DNA of 64,000 bases from Callorhinchus milii (lineage: Eukaryota), in the NCBI RefSeq assembly GCF_018977255.1, contig NW_024704757.1, positions 9,982,001-10,046,000 of the forward strand. Direction: 5' to 3'. Below the pieces are notes generated by a model. It made no database searches. It was not told the origin of the DNA and worked only from the letters and a program-made list of their open reading frames with translations. The stretch's first letter is position 1. Each line of letters opens with the position of its first letter. The position numbers and the translations under genes were made by a program. Of the stretch, positions 1 through 11,996 are shown piece after piece.

Positions 1-126
1 ACGTCTCTAAGTACTTCATAGGATCTGCTGTAAAGTTCAATGACTCTCTATTTTGTGCCAATTTGTGCTCAGTAATGTCCCAGAAGCATTACCTAAAGTG
101 ATTGACCAATTTTACCTGGGGGATTG

Positions 127-370
127 TTGGTCAGAACCCTGGGGGAAACTGCCTTCTCTTTTCAAGTAGCACCATGCAATATTTAACGTCCGCCTGAACG
201 GGCAGTTTAATGTCTCATCCAAAGCGTGGCATCTCCAACAATGCAACACACCCCAGCACTGCATTGGAGCATCAACCCAGAATATGAGAGTTTCAGGTCC
301 TGATCTGGAGCTTGAATGCACAATCTTCTGACGCAGAAGTGAGAAGCATACCGCTGAGCCAGGCTGACAC
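127..370 (-). mobile_element. Deu-domain SINE (SacSINE1-like)
   Basis: Reverse strand reads gtgtcagcctggctcagcggta...tcagaagattgtg, then Deu core tttggatgagacattaaac...caggcggacgttaaatat. Confidence 0.75.
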
Positions 371-439
371 ACAATAAAATAAGTAGGGCACAGATGAGCT
401 CCAACAAGGTGAGCTGCATTAGAGCGCTGACCTGACATT

Positions 440-760
440 CCATGGTCCGTGCACTATAAATCTTCCCCAACCCCACATCCTCAATATTTTTGCTCCTTAA
501 GTATTTATCTATCTCTTTTAAATCCCTCAATTAATTGGTTTCTCATCTATGACTTTCTGCAATAGTGTTTCGCCTTCCCAATAAGAATCTATTCCCTCAT
601 TTTGGTTGTAATCCATTTTTTTTTGGTTATGTCCTCTTGTAACTGATGAATCCAACTGGGGAAATAGTCACCCACTGCTTATTTTGTCTGACTCTCTTGT
701 AATTCTAAACACTTTCATCAAATTGCCTCTCAGCTCCAAAGAATATATCCCAGTCTAATG
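440..760 (-). mobile_element. Degenerate CR1 LINE 3' fragment
   Basis: Pyrimidine-rich CR1 antisense motifs (tatttatctatctctttttaaat; ttatgtcctcttgt; taattctaaacactttcatcaaattgcctctcagc). Confidence 0.5.
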
Positions 761-787
761 CTGATCTTTGCTCGGTCATTGAAGCCA

Positions 788-1519
788 TCTTTATACTAAT
801 AAAGACAAAATGTCTGTCTGTGTGCCAGTGTATCCGACATTCACACAATAACCGATTGATGTAGAGACATGATTTATACCTTATCGGAAAGGTCTTGCAT
901 CTGGCAGTGTCATGGGCATATATTTTTGGGAGGGATCTCCTATCGTTGATGAGCTATATTGTATTCTGCAACTACATAGTGACAGAGGAAAGCACACACC
1001 GTTCAGAAAGATGCATCTATATTCTGTAACAAATGTAGGGCACTTTTTTCTGGTTGTCATGGAAGCTAGAGTCCTCCCATATTGGACAGAGAGGGAGAGA
1101 GAGACTGAGAGAGAATATAGTATAAAGTGTAGTGACTATGTGTTTTGCGGGAGAGACACAGAAAGATTGAGAGAGAGAGAGACTGAGATAATGAGATTGA
1201 GAGAGTGCGAGAGAGAGAGAGACTGAGATAGAGAGACTGAGAGAGAGTAATTGGGAGGGAGAGATTGAGAGAGAGAGTCTGAGAGATAGCAAAAGAATGA
1301 GACTAAGAGAGAGACACTGAGAGCAAGAGAGAGTAAGAGAGACAAGCGAGAGTGAAAATATATTAATGGAGTCCTCCCACTGAGTCCTCCCAAAAGGAGT
1401 CCTTCCAAAGGAGTCCTCTTAGCTGAGCATAGATAAAGACAAAATGTGTGTCTGTGTGTCAATCTACATTTCATATTGGATCCTTTGGTTGCACACAAAG
1501 CTGCAACGGGTACAGCTAG
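788..1519 (+). mobile_element. Non-autonomous Helitron
   Basis: A|TCTTTATACTAATAAAG at the 5' end and ACAGCTAG|T at the 3' end, with no TSD. Subterminal hairpin GTTGCA(1488-1493)...TGCAAC(1502-1507). Internal (GA)n tract. Confidence 0.75.
1088..1352. repeat. Imperfect (GA)n microsatellite inside the Helitron
   Basis: Long interrupted gaga/gagact run. Confidence 0.95.
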
Positions 1520-1715
1520 TCTATCATAATCCCAATTCCCTGGTCTTTCCCCGTTCGCTCGAATACCTTTCCTCCCCATGTGTTTGTCTAATTTCTTTTT
1601 AAATGTCCTAATCAAATTTGCTCTAACGCCACCCCTGGCAATTCATTCCATATTCTGATGACCCTCAAGGGGAAAAGAATTCCTAACTTGTTCCTTTACG
1701 CTTCTAATTACAATC
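1520..1715 (-). mobile_element. CR1 LINE 3' fragment adjoining the Helitron
   Basis: ORF 1136..1615(-) begins MIRTFKKKLDKHMGRKGI, a CR1 ORF2 C-terminus (FK..LD..M); also ggcaattcattccatattctgatgaccctc. Confidence 0.65.
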
Positions 1716-2003
1716 TTAGTATTGGGAGTCTTAGCTGATTTTTTTTTCCTCGGAGCAGGTAAAGTCAGATTTACAATGAGTTCAGAGCAATCTGCTTGAT
1801 CAAAATTGTCATTCTGGGAGCTAATATGATGTAAATCAGGGAAATGTTACACATACCAGGGACTCCGCAATTTTGCCTGAATTAATTTTGCAATCCCGGG
1901 CCAGCTCCAAGCAACCATACACTCTTTAGGATTGGGACAATTTTGTGGGAAATTTAAATTTGAGAAAGCAAGAGAAAATGCTTGCATTGTGAATATAATA
2001 TAA

Positions 2004-2157
2004 TTTGTGGGACACTGCTGTGCACAATTGGTAGCCGTGTTTTGCCAACAAAATATACAGTCAATTCACTTTACAGAATATTCTGTGAAGCGCTTTCAGA
2101 TGTTTCAAAGACGTGATTAGGCGCTATATCAAATGCAAGGATAATTATTATTATAAT
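2004..2157 (+). mobile_element. 3' half of the (ATT)n-tailed SINE
   Basis: tgtgggacactgctgtgcacaattgg...gcgctatatcaaatgcaaggataattatt; homologous to 61030-61186. Confidence 0.85.
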
Positions 2158-2190
2158 TTAGAGTTGGTGCTAATAGCTCAGTCTACAATG

Positions 2191-2612
2191 TGTGTCAGTT
2201 TGGCTCAGTTAGTAGTCCTCTCGCCTATGCGTCAGAAGGTTGTGGGTCCAGACCACATATTGTATTTGTGTTCATACTTTAGTGGCTATTGTATAGTAAT
2301 AGGGATTCATTGTATTGTTTGAGTTTTCAGATGAGACACTAAAACTGAAGTCCTGTCTGGCTATTTGGGTGGATGTTATAGATTTCAAGAAAAGCTGGAA
2401 AAACAAAAAGTTTCTCCCAATGTTCTGGCCAACAATTCTCCAACTAATTTGTTTTTTCGCTTCATGGATACATGTGGGACCTTACTGTGTGTAAAATAGT
2501 TGCATACAAAACTTTTCCCTACAAAATAAGTGGTCACTGCAACTCGGCAGTAATTGCTGTAAAGCGCTTTGAGACATTTTTGCGTGATAAGGTGCTATAA
2601 AACTGCACGTTG
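2191..2612 (+). mobile_element. Deu-domain SINE, near full length
   Basis: Head gtgtcagtttggctcagttagtag, Deu core tttcagatgagacactaaaactgaagtcctgtctg, tail aagcgctttgagac...ggtgctataaaactgca. Confidence 0.75.
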
Positions 2613-3224
2613 TTTTTTCTTTCTCTTGAAGTGGGAAAGATCTTTTTTTAAAAAAAGATTACAAGCGATTGGTAACACATTAGATTTATGGGAGGGAAGT
2701 TCTGCTGTGATAAACCGGTCAGATGTTTGGAGGTAAAAGTATTCAGCTGGAAAATGGCTTTTTAACACCCTTGTTTGTGCCAGCTCTTTGCTCCATTTCA
2801 CAGAGCCCGTTTTGCTGGTCAGTTACCATAATCCTGATACTTCCTGCTTTCCTGCCTGCCCGTTCTGTGGATGACTTTGAAATTGTATTCAAAGCCTGTA
2901 TAATTTCTTAATTAGTCATGTGGAACAGGAGTGATGTTTTGCGCTTGTAAATGTGGCTCATGCGCCTTGAACGATAACAGGTGGCCCAGTCTTACAGTAA
3001 CAGATGAAGCTGGCACAGATGTTTGTGAAACATCTGTTAGGTGCATTCTACTTGTCACAGATGATGGATGGTTTGGATACTTAGACGTCCTTCTTGACCC
3101 TGAGGTTAAAACAAAGCTTGTTTTTGAACGCAGTATTGTAGGACTGTGTTAATTTGATCTCTGCAATCTCACATGAAATTTCTTAAAGCAAATACAATGA
3201 TCATTACCAACATTTGCATCTCAA

Positions 3225-3668
3225 TACACTAACAATTGCGTCTCTTAAAGTGCCTTATCACTTTGGAACATCTCAAAGCATTTCCCACAAGAAGTTACTT
3301 TGAAATGTAGTGACTCCTGATAGGTAGGCAACATGGGAGCTATTCTGTGCCAGTAAAGTCCTACAAACAGCAATGAGATGAATGACTAAATGTAATCTGT
3401 ATTTGATGAAATTGGATGAGGGAGGAATATTGGCGAGGACGTTGCTTTGAAATAGCATCTTGGGAATGTCAGCATCCACCGAAACCGCAGAAAAGAAAGG
3501 GGCTGTGTTTACTGTCTCATCCAAAGCAAATAACTTCCAGCAATGCAGCGCTCCTCTACTACTACACTTAGTTATGCGCTGACTTTATGATCTTAAGATC
3601 TGTGTGGGGCTCGTACCCACAACCTTTGACCCAGAGGCGTGTGTGCCACCAACTGAGCCAGACTGACA
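3225..3668 (-). mobile_element. Deu-domain SINE, near full length
   Basis: Reverse-oriented head (accaactgagccagactgaca), Deu core (tgtctcatccaaag) and tail. Confidence 0.75.
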
Positions 3669-4144
3669 AATATATCCCAGCTGTTGTATTAAAATTTGTT
3701 TTGTTATTAAAAAGGAGCATTTTATTTTGAAGAGTGATTTACAGTGATTTGGGGGGGCAGGTTGGTAGATACGTACTTCATTCTCATTGTGATTGAGTTC
3801 ATTATATTGAGTAGGTGCTATAGGTATACCACATGTTTCCCTAGGGAGGAAGGGCACAGTGAGTAAAGTGTTTCAGGCAGGGTAGAGCACCACAAGCAGA
3901 GACCATGGCGAAGTTGGTCTATCTGTGGCCTTGGACCGCAGTTGGTGCATTTGCTCAGAGATACCAAAAAGTGTGTGTTGTCGCGAAATGAAGACCAGTA
4001 CCTTCCCTTGGGAAGCAGCAAGCAAAAAGATGTCAGTGGCTGGAATGGAACAGCAGTTGTGCTGAACAGCTAACAGACAAGATCAGTGGTCGCAAATTGC
4101 AAGAAAAATCTGAAAATTTTCTTCATAGAAAAAGTGTTTTGTCT

Positions 4145-4282
4145 TTGTTCTAACGAGAGGTCATAGACATGAAACATTATCTCATTTTCCTCTCTCCATG
4201 GCTTGCCTGACCTGCTGCGTGTTCCCAGTGACTTCTGTGGTTATACCAGATTTCCAGCATCTGCAGTACTTTGCCTTTTGGT
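4145..4282 (+). mobile_element. Penelope-like element terminal repeat with a decayed hammerhead core
   Basis: ctaacgagaggtcatagacatgaaacatta...gcctgacctgctgcgtgttcccag...cagatttccagcatctgcagtactttgc resembles the chondrichthyan Penelope repeat as I recall it. Confidence 0.6.
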
Positions 4283-5351
4283 TTGTCTTTGTGCAGCCTC
4301 AACAATCTTGCAAAAGCCCACAATGACAATGATGCAAACGCCTTACATGTCCCATTTATAATCATTTCTAATGATAAATGTTAGTACTCGATATCAGATA
4401 TTTTCTACACAGAAGGGGAGCATTTGGCCGATTGTATCAGTGCACCTGCTCCTGGTTTTCTAAATTGCCCCTTTCCTTTATTAATCCCATTTTCTGGCTA
4501 TTCTCTCGTCTGGCTCCAGAACAACTATGACCAGACTCTGGGAAATGGCTGATATTAACATTAGCAGTGAAATGACATGGTGCTTCAGGTAAGTACACTG
4601 ACATCGCATCTCTGGGATCGAATTCATCCGACCAATGGGGTGAAAGTTTTACCCTCCAGTTATCCAAAGGAGTTCTAATCCAATCCTTCACCCGGGTGCC
4701 CTGGTTCCTAAATAAAGACTAAATTGACAATCTTACTTAGAGGTCAGCCGGTGTGGGAAATGGAAATATAACACTTCAACAGTAGAAGGAAGGAGCTCTG
4801 CTGAGACTTTGGGTGAGAGGGAGTGTTATTCTCCATTTAATGTGCAAATTTATTAGCATTATTTTTAAGAACTTGGTGTCAACGTTGAGTTCCTGAAATG
4901 GGAGAATTCTGATGAAATGTTAAAAACTAAGGTCTCGTCTACAAGGATCCCATGGCACCATTTCAAAGGAGAGAAGGAATTTCTCCTAGTATCTTGGCCA
5001 ATATTATTCCCTCATTCAATTTCACAAAAAAAACAACCAAATTTATCATTGATGGTGCAGATTAGCTGACTGTTTTATACCTAAGTAATAGTCACTGCAC
5101 TTCAAAGTGCTTTGAGTTGTTTCAGTGGGATAAGACGTTATGTCAAATGCAATTTTTTGTGTGTGTTTTGAAGAATCAGTGAGGATGGTTAACTTATCTC
5201 AACTCTAGCAATATCTCAATGTTGTGAAACTCCTGATCTCCCTCGGAATTCTATTCTTGCAAAAAAATTACAGGCTTTTAAACCCAAACTTAATGCTGCT
5301 TAACTATTATTTCTTGGAATTATAATTTACTAATAATTAATTATTACCCTA

Positions 5352-5500
5352 CTGTTTGTGGGACACTGCTGTGTGCAATTGGCTTTCGTGTTTTGCCCAC
5401 AAAATACACAGTCAATCCAGGTTACATTATATTCTGTGAAGAGCTTTGAGACGTCTCAACGACGTGATAAGGGATTATATCAAATGCAAGGATTATTATT
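5352..5500 (+). mobile_element. 3' half of the (ATT)n-tailed SINE
   Basis: ctgtttgtgggacactgctgtgtgcaattggc...tatatcaaatgcaaggattattatt. Confidence 0.85.
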
Positions 5501-5926
5501 GGTATTGTTTGTCTACTCTTTTACTCTGCATTTTTGATTGTGTCCTGCACTCTGGACCTTCATGTGGGTTGCTCAATTAATAGAAAGCAATTTGAAGGAG
5601 TTTTTACTAACTTTTAGAAGAGGAATACAGGAACAAGTTGAAGTATTTACGAGCTTTCAGAAATTTATTTCAATGAATAGTGTTTGGCTATAAATACTGG
5701 AACATTTCAAATAATGAAGAGCGCTTTGGTCAAAGGACAATGAGCAGACAGTTGTTCAAACATTTATGTGAAGAAACTATGTGACAATTCCGAGTGAAGC
5801 CAAGATGGGGATTTGTTGGAATATAAATCGTTAGGAATTCAGAGACTCAAACACATCGAGGCCTTACCCTTAAAACCATGTCCATCAGATGGGTCAAAGG
5901 TTCTTCTTCATCCCAACCAATCTTGT

Positions 5927-6088
5927 GATAATAAAAATAATAATAATCCTTGCATTTGATATAGCACCTTATTATGTCAGAAAGACGTTTCAAAGTTTTA
6001 CAGGAATTTCTGTGAAATGGAGGGACTGTGTATTTGTAGGCAAACATGGCAACACAATTGAACACAGCAATGTCCCACAAACAGCCAT
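5927..6088 (-). mobile_element. 3' half of the (ATT)n-tailed SINE
   Basis: aataataatccttgcatttgatatagcacc...cacagcaatgtcccacaaacag. Confidence 0.85.
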
Positions 6089-6144
6089 GTTTGTGATCTT
6101 GGTAGTGTGCTGCAGTGTCAATGCTCTATTGCATTGCTGTTAAT

Positions 6145-6410
6145 GTAAGCTCCCATCCCTACCTCTCCGACCTGCTCACTTCCCACTCTACCACCCGTCT
6201 CCTCCACTTTGTTGGCTCTGGTCTCCTGCTTTTCCCTGATCCCTTCCGGTCCACCATGGGCAGCCATGTTTTCAGCCATTTTGCCCTGAAACTTTGGATC
6301 TCCCTCCCTTAATCCCTCCGCCTTGCTCCCTCCTTTCCCTTTTTTCAGATCATGCCTGAAAGCCTTCCTTTTCGACCATGCTTACGGTCACCTTTTCCCT
6401 CCCCGCCCCC
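6145..6410 (+). mobile_element. L2 LINE 3' fragment
   Basis: ccaccatgggcagccatgttttcagcc...ctttggatctccctcccttaatccctccgccttgctccc; homologous to 62780-63185. Confidence 0.7.
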
Positions 6411-8951
6411 CCCAGCTTCGCGAATTGCACTATAATCACTATATAGAGCTGAGGGAAATGAAGCCAAAGTGGTGTCATTTGTGAGACCAATACTTCCAAA
6501 ATATCTGATCTGAACATAAGACAAGGAGTACGCCATTCAGGCTCTCGAGCCTGCTGAGCAATTTAATTGGATTACTGCCTTCCTTCATATTTTTAATGCT
6601 GTTTCCTGCTCTTTCTTCGTCCCTTAATACTTTTATATTCCAAATAAATTTCTCCCTTTTAAACACCCCATTGATTCCTCATTTGTGCCCTGAGAGCTGT
6701 GGATTTACCCATTTTCAATGACAACTTTGAGTTGCCAGCAAATATAACTGTGCAACCCACTTCAATCGGGTTAGACGTATTGGACAGAAAGGGTTGCTCT
6801 TAATAGAGCCAGCATAGAAATAATGGGTCAAGTGACATTCTGTGCTGCAAATATCCATGGTTCTATGGTTAAATTCCACAAACTATGTTGGGATTGAACT
6901 GGATTCATTGTTTGACCTGATTTGCAGTGTACCCTGAGTAAATGCAGAACACTTCGAGCTCAAGTGCCAGTTGGCCCTGGTGCTGTTGCCTCTGGACCAA
7001 AACATTGTGGACCTGAGTCAAACGTGCAGTACTTGAAACTTTGGAACCCCGATGCTTCCAGAAGGGAATGGGTACAAATTTGAAAGGGGAAGGGAGGAAA
7101 AGAAACCTCTTTGTTTTAATTGATTGCATCCACCAGTTTTCCAGTGAAGAATGGCGTCCCTTTTGTTCTCCAGGCCTGAGAACGTTGAGTTGACAGTGCT
7201 AATCTAGACCGCACAGCACCGCCAGCCAACAGCACTTGGCTCGTGGAAGAGAAGTCTGTGGTTTTGCAATAAATCAGAGAAGAATATTCTGGGCATGAAA
7301 TGGATCTTGTCAAATATTTCCAAACTGCTTTCATTACCCACCCAGTAATTACCTTCATAGGAAAGAGATTAGCCCCTGCATCTATGGTGGACCTGTAAAA
7401 ACACTGCACAATACGTCAGTGAGACGATGTTTATGTAATTTGGTACAGAAATCTCTCAATCAGCCTTGAATGGGATTTTGCCTGAGGGTTGACATTATGG
7501 AATTAAAGTTACAATTTGGATGTGAAAGTATGAAAGCATGCTTGCCACATATTGTGTATTTTTTTACATTAAATAGCCAGTCCATACTCTACCTTTGTTT
7601 AAGCGCACACTTTTATTTTCTTCTAAGTTTCTCTGTTACTTCTCTCGAAGGAACTAAATCAGGCTGGTCCACGGAGCCTCCGTTGCTCTTGAATGGTCAT
7701 TCTTCCTATGTGAGCCAACACGCTGTTGCCAGGGTATTTGACTGTAGCATTGTGTCTCAGCCTGATCCTGCTCTTGCCTAATGTCCACACACACATTTTC
7801 CAGCAAACATTACCTTGGCTGGTTTCCTTTTGCCCCTCCCTTTTGCAGAGCTATTCCTCCCTTCTTTTTTCCTTTGTTTGGTTTGCTGCCAATGGCATTT
7901 TTGTGGCATTCCCTTGGGCTAGGATCTGGTTTGTGGCATAGCCTACCTCCTTTTACCTGAAGCACTTCCTGCGATACTGATGTCTGCTACTCGAAGTGGC
8001 TTTATGGCAGTATACTGAGACATGTGGATGCCGAACAGCTTATGGCAGGGATTCAATTGTAGTTATTTCTTTAATTTGCCAGGTCCAATTAGTATAATTA
8101 TGTAGAGATTTACACGACAAAACAGAGTATGATAGAAATGCACAATGAATCAACATCAGAATGAGAACGAGGGGTGCATCGTACCTTTTCCTGTAATGCA
8201 GGAGTGATGCAGCGTTCATCTGGGTTATTGTGTTGCTGCACTAAGGAGAGAGGTGGAATGATACATAGACGGAAAGGAATGAAGAAAAGTTCCCTCCAGG
8301 GAGAATGCCCTCACCTGACTTGCTGCACAATGTAGACTAACATATCGCTCCTGCTGCTGGCCACTTGGTCCCCAACTTGGGGTGCAAAAAAACAGAACGA
8401 CGAAAATTTCCGTGGCCAATTCAGGAGGGAAAAAATTGCCCCGAAAATTCCTTCCCAACTCAGAAGACGGTTAAGAGAAAGCAGAGCCATCCCCAGCACA
8501 AGAGCATTACTTAATATTTCCTTTTTCTTGTTGCGCCTCATTTAACAACACATGGCAAAATATGTTCTCAATCTGTAGCTGGGACAAATTAGCAATCTCA
8601 TCCAGAAAGGTCACAAAGGTTTTTAGTTTGGGGAAATATAAATATCACGCTGTGCTGTACAGTTGCTAGCTTGAGATTGGCATATTGTGGGGGTAGAGCA
8701 GATGAAGTTAGCCGAGACATTTTTCTACATGTCAGGTGCTAATTGCAAGGTGTTGCTGTACTTGGTACTAGTACCAGGCACCTGAAATTAAAAAGAGTTA
8801 ACATTGATGGACTTAAAAATCTTCCGTGTTTCACAAATTCTTCACCGTTACAATTGTAATGACAGTCCACACAGGTGTATGAATAATTCAGTGACAGTAG
8901 GTCCCCCTAGTGAATACCTTTACCGATAGGGCTCTGGATGTACCAATGTAA

Positions 8952-9176
<225 letters not shown>

Positions 9177-9289
9177 TGACTTCAGCAGGAAGGTTAGAGA
9201 ACAAAATCATACTGCGCCACATCACAGATGGTGTGTAAGCACTCTCAACGGCTCAGCTGGTGAGAGAAATAATGATTATGGACTTCAGA

Positions 9290-9600
9290 CAGCAAGGTCC
9301 CAGGTTAAGTACCTGGTTAATCCCTTAGATAACTGAACTCAGTTGAGCGCCCTGCAATCGCTTCAATGTCTCTGGAATAAGTCAGAGAAAGAGCAGGCAA
9401 GGTTTCATTGCCCACCCCTCCCTAAAGTATTTTCATGGACATGTTGGGTTGCTTGAGGGTCACCTGCAATGCCCCAAAGGGACTGCCAACAGTTACTGAT
9501 GAAACGTAAAGAACGGTAATTTGTGTGTGACCAGGGAGGCTGCCTGTGGAGATGTACAACAGCTCATGTCAGCTACAGGAGAGGAAAGGTTGAGGAGGAA
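9290..9600 (+). mobile_element. Old SINE-like family B copy (other copies near 19262-19577 -, 33765-33990 -, 35835-36120 +, 40190-40370 +, 57392-57660 +, 58400-58560 -)
   Basis: Shared motifs between copies: ggtcccaggtt..tccctggtctgtgctgag, agtgaccYctgYtggaaagtg, and a caggagaggaRRgg end. Highly diverged; boundaries approximate. Confidence 0.5.
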
Positions 9601-10544
9601 AAATAGTGTAATTAACTGATTTTATTCCCACTGTAGGAAAACACGGTTTATGTTTTCTCAAATATTGGAATTAAATAACTGCCGTGAAATGGGATGCCAG
9701 TGTGATCTATGATGAGAGTCTGCAGAAACTAGAAGTGTTTATACTGGTTAAACAAAGATTAAAGGGTATAGATAAGATGGACTCCCACTCTGTTTGATGC
9801 AGTCAAGGGTTAATGGACTTGAGCTCAGAAGAGTGAGCCAAGAATTAGATTGGTTTATAGGATGTCAGTGAGGACTGGTGGTTTGAGAGAGAGAGAGAGT
9901 AAGCCTTGATATTTTAAACAATGGGACAAGCCTGATGGACAGCAATGGTCTTTGCTGATCTTGTATGTTCCTGTGTTTCAAAATCAAAACCAAGAACCAA
10001 GGAAAGAACTGTTGGGTTGACAGAGAAATTATCCTTTAACATGGCAAATATAGAGAGGGAGAGGTGTTCAAATCCATAAAATGAAGCACCAAATTTCTAT
10101 TAAATTTCAGAAACATAGACAGTTACATATAATAACTTCCTTTTCCCCCTAAAAATTCATTAAAAGATAACACCTGCAAAATGTATTCCCTCCCGGATCT
10201 CCCTAGAAATACTTGGCTTCATTCTGTGTCTCACTTGTCAAATGCTGCTATTTATGACATGAGATATTGGGTTGCGTGATCCTGGTATGAAATGCTTGAG
10301 ATCTAGCTCTCTGGCTCACCCATTCTGTCAGTTCCTCATTGGTGGAAGAGGCAGTTTTCCAAAAACCTATCAAGACAACAAGCTTGTATTTACTCATGCA
10401 GCAAAGGTTTGTGCCAGGATATGGAACACAGTGTTTTTGCCACAAGTGCACCAAGGTCAGGTACAGAATTTACACGCAAATTCCTTACTCCAACTATGTG
10501 CCTTAGCCCCTAACCCTTGATGTACCAATGTAGTCGTCTTTGGG

Positions 10545-10735
10545 CTCTTTGAATATTATCGCCAGTTTAGTCCTGAATTCGCGGTAGATTTATGCACACA
10601 TTAAGATTTGGGTGAGTCTGATCTGATTTCCAACAGCCAGGAGTTGGAGACTGGTATCCCATCAGTTGCCTAGATTCAAATCCAAGTACAGAGATGAAAG
10701 GACATTGTGGTAATCGATTGTACCTTTCAGTCATT
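10545..10735 (-). mobile_element. LF-SINE-like fragment
   Basis: Reverse strand cctttcatctctgtacttggatttgaatctaggcaactgatggga resembles the LF-SINE head and the copy at 13061-13190. Confidence 0.45.
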
Positions 10736-11170
10736 CAGTTTGTGTTGCATCACTTCCCAACCAATTCCTCCCTGTGTAAAAGTTATGTACCTTACAAATT
10801 TGACTGTTTTGAGTATCTCTGCGTCTTGTTGAATATCTGCAATATATGAACATTGATTGACACTTTGGAATGCGACACTGCGAAAAGAGTCAGCAGCTGT
10901 TCAGAGTAACACGCTGATCTGGTATTTCTTTTTTACTTCTTCAAATATTGTAACTCAGAACAGCCATACTGTGAGCTGTGAGGGAGGGTGGCCAGTGTTC
11001 TTTTCTGAGCCTTCTTGGAGCCCTCTCTCGCATCTCCAGTCAGACAGATCAGCAGCACAGTGGTGGAGACCTGCAAACTGACATCCAGAGAGCAACAACC
11101 ACAGGCTCAATGTTTTGATATGGCAGCATCGCCCAACTGATTATTCCCAGGCTTTCTCTCAAATTCAAAT

Positions 11171-11534
11171 CCACTCGGCTCCTGTTAACCCTGCAAACCA
11201 AAGGGTCAGGTGGTCCAAGCTGGACAAGCGGGAAAGCTTGCTGGACAGTGATATCAATGGCAAGCTATGCGGTTTTAGCTGCTTAGCAGTTACCCCAACG
11301 CACACTCCGGGGACCCCAAGCCTTGGCTCTTGCCAATCTCCGCCTAATACTTTCCGGAATTAGGTAAGCAGGGTGTGTCCCTCCAGGGAGAGAGTGCGCA
11401 TTCATTCCAGCAATCTATCTCTGGGATTTCCATGTATAGGTGGGAAGTGTGGAAATCGCAGCTTGATTTGGATACTCTTAAGCATGGTGATGGGTTTCCA
11501 CATGTGTCAGACACACGACTGACCTAAAAAAAAA
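11171..11534 (+). repeat. Unclassified repeat family X, copy 1 (A-tailed)
   Basis: Colinear with 18227-18580 (gttaacYctRcaaaccaaa; aatggcaagct; ggagagagtgcgca; gggtttcc..tgtgtcaga; A tail). Confidence 0.8.
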
Positions 11535-11996
11535 TTGGAAACAGGATGGGTTTGACAAAACCAACCACCTTCTAATTGAACTGACTGTGAAATTCTGAAA
11601 CCTGAGGCGTAGTCCCAGCATCCGAGGAAAATGTAACCAAATTTGAAATTGGGGGAAACCAAGGAAGAGAAATCCAGTTACACACAGAAGTGTTTGATTT
11701 TGGTGACTACAAGAGATCAAAGAAAGGCTTATTTCCAGAGGCAGCTCTTCCTAAACTCTTTGCCATTTGTGTTCTGTTCATTGAGAGATGAAACTTATGA
11801 TGTGGGCAGAAACTGTGACCACATTTCCTGACCAATAATAGTTTGCACTTAAAAGCATTTGGGAAAAAAACTAACCATACAAACAGTACTCAAATGGTCA
11901 CAGATTTATGATGTCTCATTTGAAGAAAACAATTTGATGGAATGTGTGTTGCAAACATTATCAATCATTTTTTGGGTTTCATCACATGGTATCTAA

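Noticed and set aside
912-1615. ORFs of 91-159 aa rich in ER/SL dipeptides
   Set aside because: They are translations of the (GA)n microsatellite and a CR1 tail.
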